Positions 58,175-64,000 of a stretch of DNA of 64,000 nt are shown in pieces (position 1 is the stretch's first letter; each line of letters begins with the position of its first letter). This stretch comes from Bacteroidetes bacterium GWF2_29_10 (GTDB lineage: Bacteria > Bacteroidota > Bacteroidia > Bacteroidales > GWE2-29-8): the NCBI GenBank assembly GCA_001768555.1, contig MEOD01000084.1:175-64174 (forward strand), in the 5' to 3' direction. The translations under genes and the position numbers were made by a program. Below the pieces are notes generated by a model, which searched no databases, had not been told where the DNA came from, and saw only the letters and a list, made by a program, of their open reading frames with translations.

Positions 58175-58930
58175 TTGAAAAAGCGTTATTTTATAAAGCT
58201 TGCTTATCATGGCAAAAATTATCATGGCTGGCAAACCCAGGACAACGCTATAACTATACAGTCTGTTTTAAATAAATGTTTTTCTCTCGTTTTGTCAGAA
58301 GAAATAAGTATTGTGGGTTGTGGTCGTACAGATCAAGGTGTGCATGCACATATTTATTATGCCCATTTTGATACAACTTACGTCTTTGAAGTATATAAAG
58401 ACTTTCTGCACAAAATAAATAGTTTTCTTCCCAAGGATATTGTAATCTACGATATTTTTCAAGTAAATAATGAAGCTAATTCTCGTTTTGATGCAACATT
58501 AAGAACATACAGATATTTTATAAATACACAAAAGGAAGTTTTTAATAATGAGTTTAGCTGGTATGTCAGGCAGCCTTTAAATGTTCATCTTATGAACTTA
58601 GTTGCAAAGAAATTAATTGAATATTCCGATTTTACATCTTTTGCAAAATTACATTCTCAATCAAAAACTAATATTTGCACAATAACAGAAGCTAAGTTTA
58701 TAAAAAGAGATTTTGGTATAATATTCACTATTTCGGCTAATAGATTTCTTCGCAATATGGTCAGAGCCATTGTTGGAACTCTTGTTGAAGTAGGACATGG
58801 GAAAATTACAATAGATGAGTTTATTAATATTATTGAAAGCAAACAAAGAGCTAATGCAGGAATGTCTGCACCAGCTCATGGTTTATTTCTTTGGGATATT
58901 ATATACCCTAAAACAATCTATAAATTGTAA
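58175..58930 (+). CDS. truA: tRNA pseudouridine(38-40) synthase
   Basis: YHGKNYHGWQ, GCGRTDQGVHA, NRFLRNMVRAIVGTL, APAHGLFL. Confidence 0.96.
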   Translation: MKKRYFIKLAYHGKNYHGWQTQDNAITIQSVLNKCFSLVLSEEISIVGCGRTDQGVHAHIYYAHFDTTYVFEVYKDFLHKINSFLPKDIVIYDIFQVNNEANSRFDATLRTYRYFINTQKEVFNNEFSWYVRQPLNVHLMNLVAKKLIEYSDFTSFAKLHSQSKTNICTITEAKFIKRDFGIIFTISANRFLRNMVRAIVGTLVEVGHGKITIDEFINIIESKQRANAGMSAPAHGLFLWDIIYPKTIYKL

Positions 58931-58991
58931 TTATTTAGTAACAGATGTCTGTGCTTTAACTCCAAATAAGTTTACATCAATAAATAATGTT

Positions 58992-59831
58992 TTATCTTTT
59001 GTATACTCTACCTGAACCTGAAACACTAACATTGATTGTTTTTGGTGATGAATTATATTTTACATCTCCTGAACCTGAAATACGGCCTTGTATTTCTTGT
59101 GTTGTTCCGATTTCTGCATCTCCCGAACCTGAGATGCTTAATAGTGTGTTTTCTGCAATTAGGTTATAAGCTTTAATGTCTCCTGAACCTGCAATTGAAG
59201 AAGTGTTTGTTTTTGCTTTGCCTGCAACAAAAACATCTCCGGAGCCGACTATATCTATAGACAGAATATTGCCTTCTAAATTATTAACATTAACGTCTCC
59301 GGAACCTATTACTCCTATAGAAAGATTGTTGCCTACTTCCAAATTATTAATTTTTACATCTCCTGAACCAATTACTTTAATTTCCAAATTATCTTCCTTA
59401 ATGGCATTAGTACCATATAAATCTCCTGAACCTTTCAATACTATTGATTCAATATTTTTTAATGTAACATAAATGCGGACTTCTTGATTATTACGTTTCT
59501 TTGAGCTAAATAATTTAACAAGAAAAGCATCATCATCGTCAATATTTTTAATATTCAACGTGTTGTCACTTACGCTAACATCCAATTTTGACAAACTTTC
59601 CTTATCCGAAATGGCATGAACAGAAAATTCATCTCCCTTTGTCAAAAATATTTTTGCAAAACCTAACGAGTAGATTTTGTTAAAAGAAGATACATCATAC
59701 TTTAATGTATCTGTCAAGACTACATTACTATTATTGTCAACATCATACTCAATGGTGCATCCATTCAAGGTTGTATAAAAGATGCTAACAGTAATTAAAA
59801 AAATAACTATTAAGGAATTTTTTCTTTTCAT
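58992..59831 (-). CDS. Head GIN domain (DUF2807) lipoprotein
   Basis: LNGC lipobox; repeated GSGD beta-helix motifs. Confidence 0.88.
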   Translation of the reverse strand: MKRKNSLIVIFLITVSIFYTTLNGCTIEYDVDNNSNVVLTDTLKYDVSSFNKIYSLGFAKIFLTKGDEFSVHAISDKESLSKLDVSVSDNTLNIKNIDDDDAFLVKLFSSKKRNNQEVRIYVTLKNIESIVLKGSGDLYGTNAIKEDNLEIKVIGSGDVKINNLEVGNNLSIGVIGSGDVNVNNLEGNILSIDIVGSGDVFVAGKAKTNTSSIAGSGDIKAYNLIAENTLLSISGSGDAEIGTTQEIQGRISGSGDVKYNSSPKTINVSVSGSGRVYKR

Positions 59832-59960
59832 AAGATATTGTTTTTTTTAAGTTTTTAAAATTTTATATAAGACTTTTTACCTACGTAAAATGTTACAGCT
59901 TTTTTTTAATTACTTAATTATTTTTTGTTAGAAGTTCATCTCTAATTTCTTAAAATATAA

Positions 59961-61631
59961 TTATTCCGTGTCTCTAACAAGTCCTTTCTCTGTCATAACC
60001 CATTTTTGATCAAACTCGTCTGGTTGTTCCAGATTACTTATAAATTGAAAATGGTCAATCATTCCTTCAACTTCTTTTGGAAGATATATGCTTTTACCTA
60101 CAGGCACTTTAACAAGTATAGTAACTTCCTGCTTTCTCCATTTCATGTCTTTGGAAAATGAATAGTACGGTTCTAATATTAAAGATGTATCTTGGTTTGT
60201 AATATTATAGTTTATTTTACTTGCAGTGTGAATAGCTCCTTTTTTATTTTCTCCACTGGCTATTCTTATTATTTTTACTTCAAAATTATCATTTTGACTT
60301 TTATCTATAACCAAATTGGGAGAAGAAAGCAAAGCAATATCGTTGTTAAATATAATCTTTTTCCAATCATATCTCTTTCTTGATGTGTAGATATCTTCCC
60401 CGTCTATTCTCACATGTATGTTTCCTCTATTATGTTTATGTCTCTTATGCAAAAACATATTATTATCCAGAAGAGTATCTCTATTTACCTGAATATATAA
60501 CACGCGGTTTGTTTGAGTATTTAAATCCATGTAGTTACTACTAACACCCGTTTCTTTAAATCCTGTGAAAGCAATAAATATGCAATAAATAGTTGTTAAT
60601 AATCCTAGAAACCATAAACTGCCTAGCGTAGCTGAAATAAAACGTGTATTTGCATTTATTCTGAATATTAATTTAAATGCTCCAAATATTAACATTACAA
60701 GAGGAATCCCAACAAGTATAAACAAACTTATTATAGCTAATGTTGAATCAAAAGAATTAGAGTATAACACTTCCAAAAATTGCGATATGGAAGGAACGGA
60801 AATAAATCCTCCTGGCAAAACCATGTTTGCATCAAAATTTCTTGTTAAGACAACTATTAAAAGAATTAATAATCCAAAGCTTATAAATAACAATATCCCT
60901 CCTAAAAGAATCGCTAATGTACGAAATAAATAATAAACCAGACTACCAGTTACATCAAACGAACGTTTTATCCATTCGTGATTATTTGCTCTCCAGTAGT
61001 TTCTATTGCGATAACGATGCGATTTGTATTTGTTTTTCAACTCATCAAACTCATCATTAATATTTTTCTCTATATTCGAGATATTTATAGGCTCTCTTTT
61101 CATCTCTAATTTCTCTGATGCAGTAATCGCTTTCGGAATTATTATCCATAAAATCACATAAAGCAATACTCCAAAACCCATAAACAGAAATATTATAACA
61201 AATATTATTCTAAATATAACCGGATCAATTGAAAAGGCATGTCCCAATCCAGAACAAACACCTCCAAGTATCCTGTTATCACCATCCCTAAATAACCTTT
61301 TCCTGTTAAAAGGATAATACTTTTTATAATTATCAGAATAACTTTCTGATTCTTGCTCCGTATCTTCATTATTGCCAAATTCCTCAGGCTTTCCCATAAT
61401 CTTTATCATCTCTTCAACATCAAGCAACGTAATTACTTGCTTTTTATCATTTATTTTTGCTTGAAATATTTCTGCTATACGAGCTTCTATATCTTTTACA
61501 ATCTCTTCATTTTCTTTAGAATTATAAAAATGATTATGAATCGCATTCAAATAATTTTGCAAAGTTTGATATGCGTTTTCTTCTATATGGAATATCACTC
61601 CACTTATATTTATTGATATTATCTTATTCAT
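59961..61631 (-). CDS. PspC domain-containing membrane protein
   Basis: DIEARIAE, MGKPEEF, RLFRDGDNRILGGVCSGLG, LLYVILWIIIPKA. Confidence 0.9.
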   Translation of the reverse strand: MNKIISINISGVIFHIEENAYQTLQNYLNAIHNHFYNSKENEEIVKDIEARIAEIFQAKINDKKQVITLLDVEEMIKIMGKPEEFGNNEDTEQESESYSDNYKKYYPFNRKRLFRDGDNRILGGVCSGLGHAFSIDPVIFRIIFVIIFLFMGFGVLLYVILWIIIPKAITASEKLEMKREPINISNIEKNINDEFDELKNKYKSHRYRNRNYWRANNHEWIKRSFDVTGSLVYYLFRTLAILLGGILLFISFGLLILLIVVLTRNFDANMVLPGGFISVPSISQFLEVLYSNSFDSTLAIISLFILVGIPLVMLIFGAFKLIFRINANTRFISATLGSLWFLGLLTTIYCIFIAFTGFKETGVSSNYMDLNTQTNRVLYIQVNRDTLLDNNMFLHKRHKHNRGNIHVRIDGEDIYTSRKRYDWKKIIFNNDIALLSSPNLVIDKSQNDNFEVKIIRIASGENKKGAIHTASKINYNITNQDTSLILEPYYSFSKDMKWRKQEVTILVKVPVGKSIYLPKEVEGMIDHFQFISNLEQPDEFDQKWVMTEKGLVRDTE

Positions 61632-61649
61632 ATATTATCCTTTTATTAA

Positions 61650-61976
61650 TTATTGTTTTTTTATTTGTTCTATTGAGTTAAGTAAACTCTTCCAGCCAAT
61701 ATCCAATTGAGCTAAAAACTCTGTTCCCATACCTGTTAGAGTATAATATTTTCTTGGAGGTCCAGAGTTTGACTCCTCCCATCTGTAACTTAAAAGTCCA
61801 TCATTTTTCAAACGAGTTAATAGTGGGTATAATGTACCCTCTACAACAATCAATTCCGCCTTTTTCAATTCTTCAATTATATTCGAGGCATACACTTCTC
61901 CTCTTGATATGATTATTAGAATGCAATATTCTAATATTCCCTTTTTCATTTGTGCTTTGCTATTTTCTATATTCAT
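61650..61976 (-). CDS. PadR family transcriptional regulator
   Basis: QMKKGILEYCIL, EGTLYPLLTRL, SGPPRKYY; TATATTTG box at 62001-62008. Confidence 0.95.
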   Translation of the reverse strand: MNIENSKAQMKKGILEYCILIIISRGEVYASNIIEELKKAELIVVEGTLYPLLTRLKNDGLLSYRWEESNSGPPRKYYTLTGMGTEFLAQLDIGWKSLLNSIEQIKKQ

Positions 61977-62518
61977 CTAGTTTGATTTTTTTTGACGCTG
62001 CAAATATAATTACTATTTTAGAACTATGCAATACAAAGTACCAAATTATTTTTGGTACAATTTTTTACAAAATAGCTAAATCCTTTGTTTAATAACGATT
62101 ACACTGTTTTTTAAAATTTCTCACAGGTGACATATTTCATGTAAATAATAAATAAGTATCCTGATTTAATTTTCAATAACTAAAATGATTGTTTCGTAAT
62201 TGCATTAGAAACTAAAGGCTTAATTTCAAATTAGTCATTAGGATTTTTTGATAATAACAAAAATCCAAGATTAGTCTTATAAAAAAAGTAATCATTTGTT
62301 TTTCTTTTTTCATAATTATATTTTTTTGTAAACCTATTTTTATGATAAGATTAAAAATAGATAAACCATTCCATGCTATTATATCTTTATATAAAAATTA
62401 TAGAAAGAGAGTAAAAATTGTATGAATTAAAAAAAAAATTATCTTTGTATGTAAAAATATAGTTTAAATCTTATTTTTTCATGTATTGACAATGTGTTAA
62501 ATATTAATTAAGTTAAAT

Positions 62519-63256
62519 ATGAATAAAGAAAAATTATACAATTTGATAATGGAGAGGCAGAATGGATATTCACAAAGAATATCAAAAAATATATTTAGAC
62601 AAATACTGGTAGCAGTAGTTGGTATTGGGTTGGTGCTTAATACAGGTATCGTTATAAAATCTATTGAGAATGTTACAAAAATTAACCCTGAAATATTATT
62701 AATGTTGATTCCTTTTTACTTATATTATTTATTTATAGAGTTTGGCTTTACTTTAAATTCATATATTATTGCCAGACGTTTGTCAAAAAACTTATTTGAT
62801 GAATTATTATTAGAAACAAAAAAAGAAGAGAAAAAATATCTAGATTATAATATGATAAGAAATGTAATGAGAGATTTAAATATTTTTGAACCAATGGCAA
62901 TCCCATTTGAAAAAGATAATCAGGAAAAATCCACAAATTTGTTGCCACAACTAATCAATCTTATGCCACAACTAATTTTTTTAATATTTATAAGTTTAAA
63001 TCATCTAGTTATATTTTTTTCCATTGGTAAAATACTTAAGGATTCGCATATTTCAATATCTTTAGTAAAGACTTCTCTTGTATATGGGATAAATTATCCT
63101 TGCATATTTATTGTAAATTGTATATTTTGCATGTTAACAATTCCTTTTTATTTAATTTATATTTTTTACAATAACAGAGGAAAATTAAATGAAACAAAAA
63201 TTCCTCAAATTACTCTTGCCATTTACATTATAATGTTTTTGTGTTATAGCTTCTAA
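62519..63256 (+). CDS. Hypothetical multi-TM membrane protein
   Basis: 245-aa open frame with several hydrophobic segments; TATCTTTG box at 62440-62447. Confidence 0.6.
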   Translation: MNKEKLYNLIMERQNGYSQRISKNIFRQILVAVVGIGLVLNTGIVIKSIENVTKINPEILLMLIPFYLYYLFIEFGFTLNSYIIARRLSKNLFDELLLETKKEEKKYLDYNMIRNVMRDLNIFEPMAIPFEKDNQEKSTNLLPQLINLMPQLIFLIFISLNHLVIFFSIGKILKDSHISISLVKTSLVYGINYPCIFIVNCIFCMLTIPFYLIYIFYNNRGKLNETKIPQITLAIYIIMFLCYSF

Positions 63257-63437
63257 TTAAAATGAGAAAGTATTAGAATAGTGAAATTGTTATAATGTAA
63301 AATGTTATTAATTAATCAATTCTACATTTTAGTCAAAACTTCCTAATTATTAATTTTATGCTATTACTTCACCCTTACTTCTCTCCAAAGTTGCTCTATC
63401 TTATTTTTAGTAAAATACTAATAACTATCATAATATG

Positions 63438-63622
63438 TATTTATAGTACCTTTCATGTACAGTAATAGAATTTTTGCACTAAAAATCAGATATTTATATA
63501 ATTAATTAGAAATCAATCTTATGTAATTTTTTAGAGTGTATTTAAAATGCTTTTACTGCGCCCTTAATGTACCACAAAGCTACTTAAATTAATAAACCAT
63601 TGATTATCAATATTAATAATTT
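63438..63622 (-). repeat. Dispersed non-coding element, copy 2 (inverted relative to 40404-40576)
   Basis: Reverse complement contains TATTGATAATCAATGGTTTATTAATTTAAG, AAGATTGATTTCTAATTAATTATA and AAATTCTATTACTGTACATGAAAGGTACTATAAAT. Confidence 0.8.
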
Positions 63623-63687
63623 GTTAAAAAATATATTATACATTTGTTATGATTTTATTAAAAATTAATAAGGGATAATTGTATTAC

Positions 63688-63720
63688 ATCTGTAGAGATG
63701 CATAGACATTCGTCTCTACA
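63688..63720. repeat. GTAG-type REP-like palindrome TGTAGAGATG...CGTCTCTACA
   Basis: Related to 30575-30615. Confidence 0.75.
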
Positions 63721-63755
63721 TTAATATACAAAAAAATTGCCGATATTGCGCTATT

Positions 63756-63790
63756 CCCCTCTGATAGAGGGGTGTCCGCAGGACGGGGTG
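63756..63790. repeat. REP-like double hairpin CCCCTCT-gat-AGAGGGG / GTCC-gca-GGAC
   Basis: GC-rich palindromes in otherwise very AT-rich DNA. Confidence 0.65.
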
Positions 63791-63826
63791 TTTTATTTAT
63801 CTAATCTCACGACACTAATAACAATC

Positions 63827-63862
63827 TTTAATTATCCCATTGCGATATAACATTTGTAGAAC
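63827..63862 (+). repeat. Partial third copy of the left arm of the REPIN-like element
   Basis: 32 of 36 nt identical to 2380-2415. Confidence 0.85.
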
Positions 63863-63875
63863 GAAATGATTCCAT

Positions 63876-63997
63876 TGCTTTAATCTTCAACCCCAAACTA
63901 ATAGCTCCGAAGGAGCGAAACAATAGTAACCACCTGCTTTAATCTTCAACCCCAAAACTAATAGCTCCGAAGGAGCGAAACAATAGTAACCACCTGC
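63876..63997 (+). repeat. Tandem 59/60-bp repeat containing a GCTCC-gaa-GGAGC hairpin
   Basis: Units at 63876-63934 and 63935-63994 differ by one A; a third begins at 63995. Confidence 0.9.
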
Positions 63998-64000
63998 GAA

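Noticed and set aside
5933-62948. Many short ORFs antisense to or nested in well-supported genes (e.g. 5933..6247, 17269..17781, 30914..31411, 43361..43759, 50687..51061, 59176..59472)
   Set aside because: Shadow frames of real genes with no motifs or plausible starts
63257-63430. Frameshifted continuation of 62519..63256 (pseudogene)
   Set aside because: All three frames close within a few codons after the stop
63876-63997. 59/60-bp repeat as a CRISPR
   Set aside because: The whole unit is repeated, so the would-be spacers are identical

Overview
Very AT-rich chromosomal segment of a Bacteroidota, probably Bacteroidales-like, inferred from TAnnTTTG promoter boxes, T9SS genes and a long SecA. 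Most of it is core or housekeeping DNA: secA, dnaE, fabI, purE, lipB, plsY, truA, rsmI, tRNA-Val(GAC), porQ, porZ, citrate-lyase-like citD-E/citF, a Na+-decarboxylase beta/gamma pair with an NhaD-like antiporter, surface-polysaccharide genes, three T9SS cargo proteins (two of them giant) and a PadR-PspC-GIN operon. The left ~5.5 kb is a co-oriented accessory block that looks like a defence island. It holds a putative Abi gene and a tightly coupled pair (311-aa soluble protein + 169-aa four-TM protein) with RexAB/DUF4747-like architecture, which is the best candidate for an undescribed anti-phage system. The block is punctuated by directly repeated REPIN-like hairpin elements and bounded by a combinatorial 21-bp tandem array. 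Several REP-like palindrome families, a 7-bp repeat and an 11-bp-periodic dispersed element recur at about 30.6, 30.9, 40.3-40.7 and 63.4-64.0 kb. All family calls come from motif recognition by eye; no database search was run.
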